Source: Auanema rhodensis
Lineage: Eukaryota; Animalia; Nematoda
Direction of reading: 5' to 3'
Length of the DNA stretch: 64,000 bases
Assembly (NCBI GenBank): GCA_964057225.1
Contig: OZ059900.1
Location: 4,402,001 to 4,466,000, forward strand
Shown here one piece after another: positions 48,730 through 61,900 of this stretch (position 1 is its first letter; the number at the start of each line of letters is the position of its first letter). The notes under the pieces are model-generated. The model was given only the letters and a program-made list of their open reading frames with translations, was not told the DNA's origin and did not search any database. A program made the translations under genes and the position numbers.

Positions 48730-49335
48730 TACTCGATTGATTCTGTCAGCGCTGTAGCTTTCGTCAAGGATTAAGCCATGCGAATGGCTCAGAGACCAAA
48801 AAAAAAAGTCCAAAAAAAATTTTTTTTCAAACTTGTTTTCACGATACTCTCAAAACATTTTTTACACATTTTTAAAGAGTCCTAACATCTGAATTGAGAA
48901 ACAAAATTTTTTTTTACTTGATTGATTCTGTCAGCGCTGTATGCTCAAGTAAAAGATTAAGCCATGCATGTATAAAGTTCATCATTTTTGAGAAATTGCG
49001 AAAGGCTCACAGCTCAGAGACCAAAAAAATTTCCAAGTCCAAAAAAAATTTCCAAATCCAAAAAACATTTCCAAGTCCAAAAAAAATTTTCAAGTCCAAA
49101 AAAATTTTTTTTTCAAACTTGTTTTCACGATACTGAGTTCTAACATCTGAATTGAGAAACAAAATTTTTTTTTTACTTGATTGATTCTGTGAGCTTTCGT
49201 CAAGGATTAAGCCATGCCAACCGCTCACCGACCACAAAAATTTTTTTTTCACGTACTTGATTGATTCTGTCAGCGCTGTATGCTCAAGTAAAAGATTAAG
49301 CCATGCATGTATAAAGTTCATCATTTTTGAAAAAG
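48730..49335 (+). repeat. Four 18S 5'-end modules (duplicate of 10546-11320)
   Basis: Same order of module types; lacks the ~165-bp insert seen at 10613-10779. Confidence 0.88.
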
Positions 49336-49383
49336 TAAAATTTGCCATTTTTATCAAAATTTTTGATTTTTTTAATAAAAATT

Positions 49384-49965
49384 CTCGGGTTACGGCGGGT
49401 CAGGTTTTGGTTGGAGCTAGGCTCCAGGCAGGCATCCTCCGACCTTTCTTTCCTCTGTTTTGCGTACTGTGCCTTGATGCTGGCCACTGTACGGTTTTTG
49501 TTGGGAAAATTGCTAAGAACTTGCGTCCATAGTATTTGTCAAGGTGATCGTGTGTTACTCAGGGTCACCGCAGTTACCCGTAATAACCGTTGAGAAGGAA
49601 CACATCAAAATGCAAGGTTGGTTTGTTTCAGGCATCTTGCAAAACCTTCCGTTAAATGAAAGATTTGCAGGGTGCAAAAATGTAATAACCGAAGCGGCGA
49701 GCGCTGTCGCCAGGCACTGACAGGGGTCAAGCCCAAGTTAGGAGAGTGGGTTCTGTCCGGTTTTCCTACGAGCAGGAATTCCAGACCCTAGATCTCTAGG
49801 TATGTCCATTGCGGTTTTTGGATTTAAGTTGATTGAGAGTTTAATGGGGAAGAGAGAGGAAGGAAAAAGGAAAGGAAGGAAAAAAAAGAAAGAAAGGGAA
49901 GAAAATGCAAAAACCGATAAAACTCAAGGCAAGCCTTGAGAACCTTAGGTTTTTATGAAGATGCC
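49384..49965 (-). mobile_element. Retroelement 5' UTR and Myb/SANT-like N-terminal fragment
   Basis: Shares 44260-44678; continues into QILWTQVLSNFPNKNRTVASIKAQYAK. Confidence 0.75.
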
Positions 49966-49978
49966 GAAGATGAAGATG

Positions 49979-52900
49979 TGGTTACCATGCATCAAACCCA
50001 TTAAGATTGTGTTTCTAGACTAATATGACCATGGGAAATTAATTTAAGTTCACAGTATTCTTCTATCTTTAACGGTATCCGAGTTACAAATCAAGATCAC
50101 TTTCTTTGGATACTTAGGTGGTATAGCTACCTGTTCACAAAAAATTGGAAGTCCTATTTACCATGCATCAAACACAATACGATAGTGTTTCTAGACTAAA
50201 ATGACCATGGGGATTTCATTAAAATTAACAGTATTCTTTTATCTTTAACGGTATCCGAGTTACAAATCAAGATCACTCTCTTTGGATACTTAGGTGGTAT
50301 AGCTACCTGTTCACAAAAAATTGGAAGTCTTGGTTACCATGCATCAAACACAATACGATAGTGTTTCTAGACTAATATAACCATGGGGACTTCATTAAAA
50401 TTAACAGTATTCTTCTATCTTCAACGGTATCCGAGTTACAAATCAAGATCACTTTCTTTGGATACTTAGGTGGTATAGCTACCTGTTCACAAAAAATTGG
50501 AAGTCCTGGTTACCATGCATCAAACCCATTAAGATTGTGTTTCTAGACTAATATGACCATGGGAAATTCATTTAAGTTCACAGTATTCTTCCATCTTTAA
50601 CGGTATCCGAGTTACAAATCAAGATCACTTTCTTTGGATACTTAGGTGGTATAGCTACCTGTTCACAAAAAATTGGAAGTCTTGGTTACCATGCATCACA
50701 TCCTTTGAGATAGTGTTTCTAGACTAATATGACCATGGGGACTTCATTAAAATTCACAGTATTCTTCCATCTTTAACGGTATCCGAGTCACAAATCAAGA
50801 TCACTTTCTTTGGATACTTAGGTGGTATAGCTACCTGTTCACAAAAAATTGGAAGTCCTGGTTACCATGCATCAAACCCATTAAGATTGTGTTTCTAGAC
50901 TAATATGACCATGAGAAATTAATTTAAGTTCACAGTATTCTTCTATCTTTAACGGTATCCGAGTTACAAATCAAGATCACTTTCTTTGGATACTTAGGTG
51001 GTATAGCTACCTGTTCACAAAAAATTGGAAGTCCTATTTACCCATGCATCAAACACAATACGATAGTGTTTCTAGACTAATATGACCATGGGGAGTTCAT
51101 TAAAATTAACAGTATTCTTTTATCTTTAACGGTATCCGAGTTACAAATCAAGATCACTCTCTTTGGATACTTAGGTGGTATAGCTACCTGTTCACAAAAA
51201 ATTGGAAGTCTTGGTTACCATGCATCAAATCCTTTAAGATAGTGTTTCTAGACTAATATAACCATGGAGACTTCATTAAATTTCACAGTATTCTTCTATC
51301 TTCAACGGTATCCGAGTTACAAATCAAGATCACTTTCTTTGGATACTTAGGTGGTATAGCTACCTGTTCACAAAAAATTGGAAGTCGTGGTTACCATGCA
51401 TCAAACACAATAAGATAGTGTTTCTAGACTAATATAACCATGGGGACTTCATTAAAATTAACAGTATTCTTCTATCTTCAACGGTATCCGAGTTACAGAT
51501 CAAGATCACTTTCTTTGGATACTTAGGTGATATAGCTACCTGTTCACAAAAAATTGGAAGTCCTATTTACCATGCATCAAACACAATACGATAGTGTTTC
51601 TAGACTAATATGACCATGGGGACTTCATTAAAATTAACAGTATTCTTTTATCTTTAACGGTATCCGAGTTACAAATCAAGATCACTTTCTTTGGATACTT
51701 AGGTGGTATAGCTACCTGTTCACAAAAAATTGGAAGTCTTGGTTACCATGCATCAAATCCTTTAAGATAGTGTTTCTAGACTAATATAACCATGGGGACT
51801 TCATTAAATTTCACAGTATTCTTCTATCTTCAACGGTATCCGAGTTACAAATCAAGATCACTTTCTTTGGATACTTAGGTGGTATAGCTACCTGTTCACA
51901 AAAAATTGGAAGTCCTGGTTACCATGCATCAAACCCATTAAGATTGTGTTTCTAGACTAATATGACCATGATGACTTCATTAAATTTCACAGTATTCTTC
52001 TATCTTCAACGGTATCCGAGTTACAAATCAAGATCACTTTCTTTGGATACTTAGGTGGTATAGCTACCTGTTCACAAAAAATTGGAAGTCCTGGTTACCA
52101 TGCATAAAACCCATTAAGATTGTGTTTCTAGACTAATATGACCATGATGACTTCATTAAATTTCACAGTATTCTTCTATCTTCAACGGTATCCGAGTTAC
52201 AAATCAAGATCACTTTCTTTGGATACTTAGGTGGTATAGCTACCTGTTCACAAAAAATTGGAAGTCCTGGTTACCATGCATCAAACCCATTAAGATTGTG
52301 TTTCTAGACTAATATGACCATGAGAAATTCATTTAAGTTCACAGTATTCTTCTATCTTTAACGATATCCGAGTTACAAATCAAGATCACTTTCTTTGGAT
52401 ACTTAGGTGGTATAGCTACCTGTTCACAAAAAATTGGAAGTCCTGGTTACCATGCATCAAACCCATTAAGATTGTGTTTCTAGACTAATATGACCATGAG
52501 AAATTCATTTAAGTTCACAGTATTCTTCTATCTTTAACGTTATCCGAGTTACAAATCAAGATCACTTTCTTTGGATACTTAGGTGGTATAGCTACCTGTT
52601 CACAAAAAATTGGAAGTCTTGGTTACCATGCATCAAATCCTTTAAGATAGTGTGTCTAGACTAATATAACCATGGGGACTTCATTAAATTTCACAGTATT
52701 CTTCTATCTTCAACGGTATCCGAGTTACAAATCAAGATCACTTTCTTTGGATACTTAGGTGGTATAGCTACCTGTTCACAAAAAATTGGAAGTCCTGGTT
52801 ACCATGCATCAAACCCATTAAGATTGTGTTTCTAAACTAATATGACCATGATGACTTCATTAAATTTCACAGTATTCTTCTATCTTCAACGGTATCCGAG

Positions 52901-55900
52901 TTACAAATCAAGATCACTTTCTTTGGATACTTAGGTGGTATAGCTACCTGTTCACAAAAAATTGGAAGTCCTGGTTACCATGCATCAAACCCATTAAGAT
53001 TGTGTTTCTAGACTAATATGACCATGATGACTTCATTAAATTTCACAGTATTCTTCTATCTTCAACGGTATCCGAGTTACAAATCAAGATCACTTTCTTT
53101 GGATACTTAGGTGGTATAGCTACCTGTTCACAAAAAATTGGAAGTCCTATTTACCATGCATCAAACACAATACGATAGTGTTTCTAGACTAAAATGACCA
53201 TGGGGATTTCATTAAAATTAACAGTATTCTTTTATCTTTAACGGTATCCGAGTTACAAATCAAGATCACTTTCTTTGGATACTTAGGTGGTATAGCTACC
53301 TGTTCACAAAAAATTGGAAGTCTTGGTTACCATGCATCAAACACAATACGATAGTGTTTCTAGACTAATATAACCATGGGGACTTCATTAAAATTAACAG
53401 TATACTTCTATCTTCAACGGTATCCGAGTTACAAATCAAGATCACTTTCTTTGGATACTTAGGTGGTATAGCTACCTGTTCACAAAAAATTGGAAGTCCT
53501 GGTTACCATGCATCAAACCCATTAAGATTGTGTTTCTAGACTAATATGACCATGGGAAATTCATTTAAGTTCACAGTATTCTTCCATCTTTAACGGTATC
53601 CGAGTTACAAATCAAGATCACTTTCTTTGGATACTTAGGTGGTATAGCTACCTGTTCACAAAAAATTGGAAGTCTTGGTTACCATGCATCACATCCTTTG
53701 AGATAGTGTTTCTAGACTAATATGACCATGGGGACTTCATTAAAATTCACAGTATTCTTCCATCTTTAACGGTATCCGAGTTACAAATCAAGATCACTTT
53801 CTTTGGATACTTAGGTGGTATAGCTACCTGTTCACAAAAAATTGGAAGTCCTGGTTACCATGCATCAAACCCATTAAGATTGTGTTTCTAGACTAATATG
53901 ACCATGAGAAATTAATTTAAGTTCACAGTATTCTTCTATCTTTAACGGTATCCGAGTTACAAATCAAGATCACTTTCTTTGGATACTTAGGTGGTATAGC
54001 TACCTGTTCACAAAAAATTGGAAGTCCTATTTACCCATGCATCAAACACAATACGATAGTGTTTCTAGACTAATATGACCATGGGGAGTTCATTAAAATT
54101 AACAGTATTCTTTTATCTTTAACGGTATCCGAGTTACAAATCAAGATCACTCTCTTTGGATACTTAGGTGGTATAGCTACCTGTTCACAAAAAATTGGAA
54201 GTCTTGGTTACCATGCATCAAATCCTTTAAGATAGTGTTTCTAGACTAATATAACCATGGAAACTTCATTAAAATTCACAGTATTCTTCCATCTTTAACG
54301 GTATCCGAGTTACAAATCAAGATCACTTTCTTTGGATACTTAGGTGGTATAGCTACCTGTTCACAAAAAATTGGAAGTCCTGGTTACCATGCATCAAACC
54401 CATTAAGATTGTGTTTCTAGACTAATATGACCATGGGAAATTCATTTAAGTTCACAGTATTCTTCCATCTTTAACGGTATCCGAGTTACAAATCAAGATC
54501 ACTTTCTTTGGATACTTAGGTGGTATAGCTACCTGTTCACAAAAAATTGGAAGTCTTGGTTACCATGCATCACATCCTTTGAGATAGTGTTTCTAGACTA
54601 ATATGACCATGGGGACTTCATTAAAATTCACAGTATTCTTCCATCTTTAACGGTATCCGAGTTACAAATCAAGATCACTTTCTTTGGATACTTAGGTGGT
54701 ATAGCTACCTGTTCACAAAAAATTGGAAGTCCTGGTTACCATGCATCAAACCCATTAAGATTGTGTTTCTAGACTAATATGACCATGAGAAATTAATTTA
54801 AGTTCACAGTATTCTTCTATCTTTAACGGTATCCGAGTTACAAATCAAGATCACTTTCTTTGGATACTTAGGTGGTATAGCTACCTGTTCACAAAAAATT
54901 GGAAGTCCTATTTACCCATGCATCAAACACAATACGATAGTGTTTCTAGACTAATATGACCATGGGGAGTTCATTAAAATTAACAGTATTCTTTTATCTT
55001 TAACGGTATCCGAGTTACAAATCAAGATCACTCTCTTTGGATACTTAGGTGGTATAGCTACCTGTTCACAAAAAATTGGAAGTCTTGGTTACCATGCATC
55101 AAATCCTTTAAGATAGTGTTTCTAGACTAATATAACCATGGAAACTTCATTAAATTTCACAGTATTCTTCTATCTTCAACGGTATCCGAGTTACAAATCA
55201 AGATCACTTTCTTTGGATACTTAGGTGGTATAGCTACCTGTTCACAAAAAATTGGAAGTCGTGGTTACCATGCATCAAACACAATAAGATAGTGTTTCTA
55301 GACTAATATAACCATGGGGACTTCATTAAAATTAACAGTATTCTTCTATCTTCAACGGTATCCGAGTTACAGATCAAGATCACTTTCTTTGGATACTTAG
55401 GTGATATAGCTACCTGTTCACAAAAAATTGGAAGTCCTATTTACCATGCATCAAACACAATACGATAGTGTTTCTAGACTAATATGACCATGGGGACTTC
55501 ATTAAAATTAACAGTATTCTTTTATCTTTAACGGTATCCGAGTTACAAATCAAGATCACTTTCTTTGGATACTTAGGTGGTATAGCTACCTGTTCACAAA
55601 AAATTGGAAGTCTTGGTTACCATGCATCAAATCCTTTAAGATAGTGTTTCTAGACTAATATAACCATGGGGACTTCATTGAATTTCACAGTATTCTTCTA
55701 TCTTCAACGGTATCCGAGTTACAAATCAAGATCACTTTCTTTGGATACTTAGGTGGTATAGCTACCTGTTCACAAAAAATTGGAAGTCTTGGTTACCATG
55801 CATCAAATCCTTTAAGATAGTGTTTCTAGACTAATATAACCATGGAAACTTCATTAAATTTCACAGTATTCTTCTATCTTCAACGGTATCCGAGTTACAA

Positions 55901-58900
55901 ATCAAGATCACTTTCTTTGGATACTTAGGTGGTATAGCTACCTGTTCACAAAAAATTGGAAGTCTTGGTTACCATGCATCAAACACAATACGATAGTGTT
56001 TCTAGACTAATATAACCATGGGGACTTCATTAAAATTAACAGTATTCTTCTATCTTCAACGGTATCCGAGTTACAAATCAAGATCACTTTCTTTGGATAC
56101 TTAGGTGGTATAGCTACCTGTTCACAAAAAATTGGAAGTCCTGGTTACCATGCATCAAACCCATTAAGATTGTGTTTCTAGACTAATATGACCATGAGAA
56201 ATTCATTTAAGTTCACAGTATTCTTCTATCTTTAACGTTATCCGAGTTACAAATCAAGATCACTTTCTTTGGATACTTAGGTGGTATAGCTACCTGTTCA
56301 CAAAAAATTGGAAGTCTTGGTTACCATGCATCAAATCCTTTAAGATAGTGTGTCTAGACTAATATAACCATGGGGACTTCATTAAATTTCACAGTATTCT
56401 TCTATCTTCAACGGTATCCGAGTTACAAATCAAGATCACTTTCTTTGGATACTTAGGTGGTATAGCTACCTGTTCACAAAAAATTGGAAGTCCTGGTTAC
56501 CATGCATCAAACCCATTAAGATTGTGTTTCTAAACTAATATGACCATGATGACTTCATTAAATTTCACAGTATTCTTCTATCTTCAACGGTATCCGAGTT
56601 ACAAATCAAGATCACTTTCTTTGGATACTTAGGTGGTATAGCTACCTGTTCACAAAAAATTGGAAGTCCTGGTTACCATGCATCAAACCCATTAAGATTG
56701 TGTTTCTAGACTAATATGACCATGATGACTTCATTAAATTTCACAGTATTCTTCTATCTTCAACGGTATCCGAGTTACAAATCAAGATCACTTTCTTTGG
56801 ATACTTAGGTGGTATAGCTACCTGTTCACAAAAAATTGGAAGTCCTATTTACCATGCATCAAACACAATACGATAGTGTTTCTAGACTAAAATGACCATG
56901 GGGATTTCATTAAAATTAACAGTATTCTTTTATCTTTAACGGTATCCGAGTTACAAATCAAGATCACTTTCTTTGGATACTTAGGTGGTATAGCTACCTG
57001 TTCACAAAAAATTGGAAGTCTTGGTTACCATGCATCAAACACAATACGATAGTGTTTCTAGACTAATATAACCATGGGGACTTCATTAAAATTAACAGTA
57101 TTCTTCTATCTTCAACGGTATCCGAGTTACAAATCAAGATCACTTTCTTTGGATACTTAGGTGGTATAGCTACCTGTTCACAAAAAATTGGAAGTCCTGG
57201 TTACCATGCATCAAACCCATTAAGATTGTGTTTCTAGACTAATATGACCATGGGAAATTCATTTAAGTTCACAGTATTCTTCCATCTTTAACGGTATCCG
57301 AGTTACAAATCAAGATCACTTTCTTTGGATACTTAGGTGGTATAGCTACCTGTTCACAAAAAATTGGAAGTCTTGGTTACCATGCATCACATCCTTTGAG
57401 ATAGTGTTTCTAGACTAATATGACCATGGGGACTTCATTAAAATTCACAGTATTCTTCCATCTTTAACGGTATCCGAGTTACAAATCAAGATCACTTTCT
57501 TTGGATACTTAGGTGGTATAGCTACCTGTTCACAAAAAATTGGAAGTCCTGGTTACCATGCATCAAACCCATTAAGATTGTGTTTCTAGACTAATATGAC
57601 CATGAGAAATTAATTTAAGTTCACAGTATTCTTCTATCTTTAACGGTATCCGAGTTACAAATCAAGATCACTTTCTTTGGATACTTAGGTGGTATAGCTA
57701 CCTGTTCACAAAAAATTGGAAGTCCTATTTACCCATGCATCAAACACAATACGATAGTGTTTCTAGACTAATATGACCATGGGGAGTTCATTAAAATTAA
57801 CAGTATTCTTTTATCTTTAACGGTATCCGAGTTACAAATCAAGATCACTCTCTTTGGATACTTAGGTGGTATAGCTACCTGTTCACAAAAAATTGGAAGT
57901 CTTGGTTACCATGCATCAAATCCTTTAAGATAGTGTTTCTAGACTAATATAACCATGGAAACTTCATTAAAATTCACAGTATTCTTCCATCTTTAACGGT
58001 ATCCGAGTTACAAATCAAGATCACTTTCTTTGGATACTTAGGTGGTATAGCTACCTGTTCACAAAAAATTGGAAGTCCTGGTTACCATGCATCAAACCCA
58101 TTAAGATTGTGTTTCTAGACTAATATGACCATGGGAAATTCATTTAAGTTCACAGTATTCTTCCATCTTTAACGGTATCCGAGTTACAAATCAAGATCAC
58201 TTTCTTTGGATACTTAGGTGGTATAGCTACCTGTTCACAAAAAATTGGAAGTCTTGGTTACCATGCATCACATCCTTTGAGATAGTGTTTCTAGACTAAT
58301 ATGACCATGGGGACTTCATTAAAATTCACAGTATTCTTCCATCTTTAACGGTATCCGAGTTACAAATCAAGATCACTTTCTTTGGATACTTAGGTGGTAT
58401 AGCTACCTGTTCACAAAAAATTGGAAGTCCTGGTTACCATGCATCAAACCCATTAAGATTGTGTTTCTAGACTAATATGACCATGAGAAATTAATTTAAG
58501 TTCACAGTATTCTTCTATCTTTAACGGTATCCGAGTTACAAATCAAGATCACTTTCTTTGGATACTTAGGTGGTATAGCTACCTGTTCACAAAAAATTGG
58601 AAGTCCTATTTACCCATGCATCAAACACAATACGATAGTGTTTCTAGACTAATATGACCATGGGGAGTTCATTAAAATTAACAGTATTCTTTTATCTTTA
58701 ACGGTATCCGAGTTACAAATCAAGATCACTCTCTTTGGATACTTAGGTGGTATAGCTACCTGTTCACAAAAAATTGGAAGTCTTGGTTACCATGCATCAA
58801 ATCCTTTAAGATAGTGTTTCTAGACTAATATAACCATGGAAACTTCATTAAATTTCACAGTATTCTTCTATCTTCAACGGTATCCGAGTTACAAATCAAG

Positions 58901-61900
58901 ATCACTTTCTTTGGATACTTAGGTGGTATAGCTACCTGTTCACAAAAAATTGGAAGTCGTGGTTACCATGCATCAAACACAATAAGATAGTGTTTCTAGA
59001 CTAATATAACCATGGGGACTTCATTAAAATTAACAGTATTCTTCTATCTTCAACGGTATCCGAGTTACAGATCAAGATCACTTTCTTTGGATACTTAGGT
59101 GATATAGCTACCTGTTCACAAAAAATTGGAAGTCCTATTTACCATGCATCAAACACAATACGATAGTGTTTCTAGACTAATATGACCATGGGGACTTCAT
59201 TAAAATTAACAGTATTCTTTTATCTTTAACGGTATCCGAGTTACAAATCAAGATCACTTTCTTTGGATACTTAGGTGGTATAGCTACCTGTTCACAAAAA
59301 ATTGGAAGTCTTGGTTACCATGCATCAAATCCTTTAAGATAGTGTTTCTAGACTAATATAACCATGGGGACTTCATTGAATTTCACAGTATTCTTCTATC
59401 TTCAACGGTATCCGAGTTACAAATCAAGATCACTTTCTTTGGATACTTAGGTGGTATAGCTACCTGTTCACAAAAAATTGGAAGTCTTGGTTACCATGCA
59501 TCAAATCCTTTAAGATAGTGTTTCTAGACTAATATAACCATGGAAACTTCATTAAATTTCACAGTATTCTTCTATCTTCAACGGTATCCGAGTTACAAAT
59601 CAAGATCACTTTCTTTGGATACTTAGGTGGTATAGCTACCTGTTCACAAAAAATTGGAAGTCTTGGTTACCATGCATCAAACACAATACGATAGTGTTTC
59701 TAGACTAATATAACCATGGGGACTTCATTAAAATTAACAGTATTCTTCTATCTTCAACGGTATCCGAGTTACAAATCAAGATCACTTTCTTTGGATACTT
59801 AGGTGGTATAGCTACCTGTTCACAAAAAATTGGAAGTCCTGGTTACCATGCATCAAACCCATTAAGATTGTGTTTCTAGACTAATATGACCATGGGAAAT
59901 TCATTTAAGTTCACAGTATTCTTCCATCTTTAACGGTATCCGAGTTACAAATCAAGATCACTTTCTTTGGATACTTAGGTGGTATAGCTACCTGTTCACA
60001 AAAAATTGGAAGTCTTGGTTACCATGCATCAAATCCTTTAAGATAGTGTGTCTAGACTAATATAACCATGGGGACTTCATTAAATTTCACAGTATTCTTC
60101 TATCTTCAACGGTATCCGAGTTACAAATCAAGATCACTTTCTTTGGATACTTAGGTGGTATAGCTACCTGTTCACAAAAAATTGGAAGTCCTGGTTACCA
60201 TGCATCAAACCCATTAAGATTGTGTTTCTAAACTAATATGACCATGATGACTTCATTAAATTTCACAGTATTCTTCTATCTTCAACGGTATCCGAGTTAC
60301 AAATCAAGATCACTTTCTTTGGATACTTAGGTGGTATAGCTACCTGTTCACAAAAAATTGGAAGTCCTGGTTACCATGCATCAAACCCATTAAGATTGTG
60401 TTTCTAGACTAATATGACCATGATGACTTCATTAAATTTCACAGTATTCTTCTATCTTCAACGGTATCCGAGTTACAAATCAAGATCACTTTCTTTGGAT
60501 ACTTAGGTGGTATAGCTACCTGTTCACAAAAAATTGGAAGTCCTATTTACCATGCATCAAACACAATACGATAGTGTTTCTAGACTAAAATGACCATGGG
60601 GATTTCATTAAAATTAACAGTATTCTTTTATCTTTAACGGTATCCGAGTTACAAATCAAGATCACTTTCTTTGGATACTTAGGTGGTATAGCTACCTGTT
60701 CACAAAAAATTGGAAGTCTTGGTTACCATGCATCAAACCCATTAAGATTGTGTTTCTAGACTAATATGACCATGATGACTTCATTAAATTTCACAGTATT
60801 CTTCTATCTTCAACGGTATCCGAGTTACAAATCAAGATCACTTTCTTTGGATACTTAGGTGGTATAGCTACCTGTTCACAAAAAATTGGAAGTCCTATTT
60901 ACCATGCATCAAATCCTTTAAGATAGTGTTTCTAGACTAATATAACCATGGAAACTTCATTAAATTTCACAGTATTCTTCTATCTTCAACGGTATCCGAG
61001 TTACAAATCAAGATCACTTTCTTTGGATACTTAGGTGGTATAGCTACCTGTTCACAAAAAATTGGAAGTCTTGGTTACCATGCATCAAACACAATACGAT
61101 AGTGTTTCTAGACTAATATAACCATGGGGACTTCATTAAAATTAACAGTATTCTTCTATCTTCAACGGTATCCGAGTTACAAATCAAGATCACTTTCTTT
61201 GGATACTTAGGTGGTATAGCTACCTGTTCACAAAAAATTGGAAGTCCTGGTTACCATGCATCAAACCCATTAAGATTGTGTTTCTAGACTAATATGACCA
61301 TGGGAAATTCATTTAAGTTCACAGTATTCTTCCATCTTTAACGGTATCCGAGTTACAAATCAAGATCACTTTCTTTGGATACTTAGGTGGTATAGCTACC
61401 TGTTCACAAAAAATTGGAAGTCTTGGTTACCATGCATCACATCCTTTGAGATAGTGTTTCTAGACTAATATGACCATGGGGACTTCATTAAAATTCACAG
61501 TATTCTTCCATCTTTAACGGTATCCGAGTTACAAATCAAGATCACTTTCTTTGGATACTTAGGTGGTATAGCTACCTGTTCACAAAAAATTGGAAGTCCT
61601 GGTTACCATGCATCAAACCCATTAAGATTGTGTTTCTAGACTAATATGACCATGAGAAATTAATTTAAGTTCACAGTATTCTTCTATCTTTAACGGTATC
61701 CGAGTTACAAATCAAGATCACTTTCTTTGGATACTTAGGTGGTATAGCTACCTGTTCACAAAAAATTGGAAGTCCTATTTACCCATGCATCAAACACAAT
61801 ACGATAGTGTTTCTAGACTAATATGACCATGGGGAGTTCATTAAAATTAACAGTATTCTTTTATCTTTAACGGTATCCGAGTTACAAATCAAGATCACTC

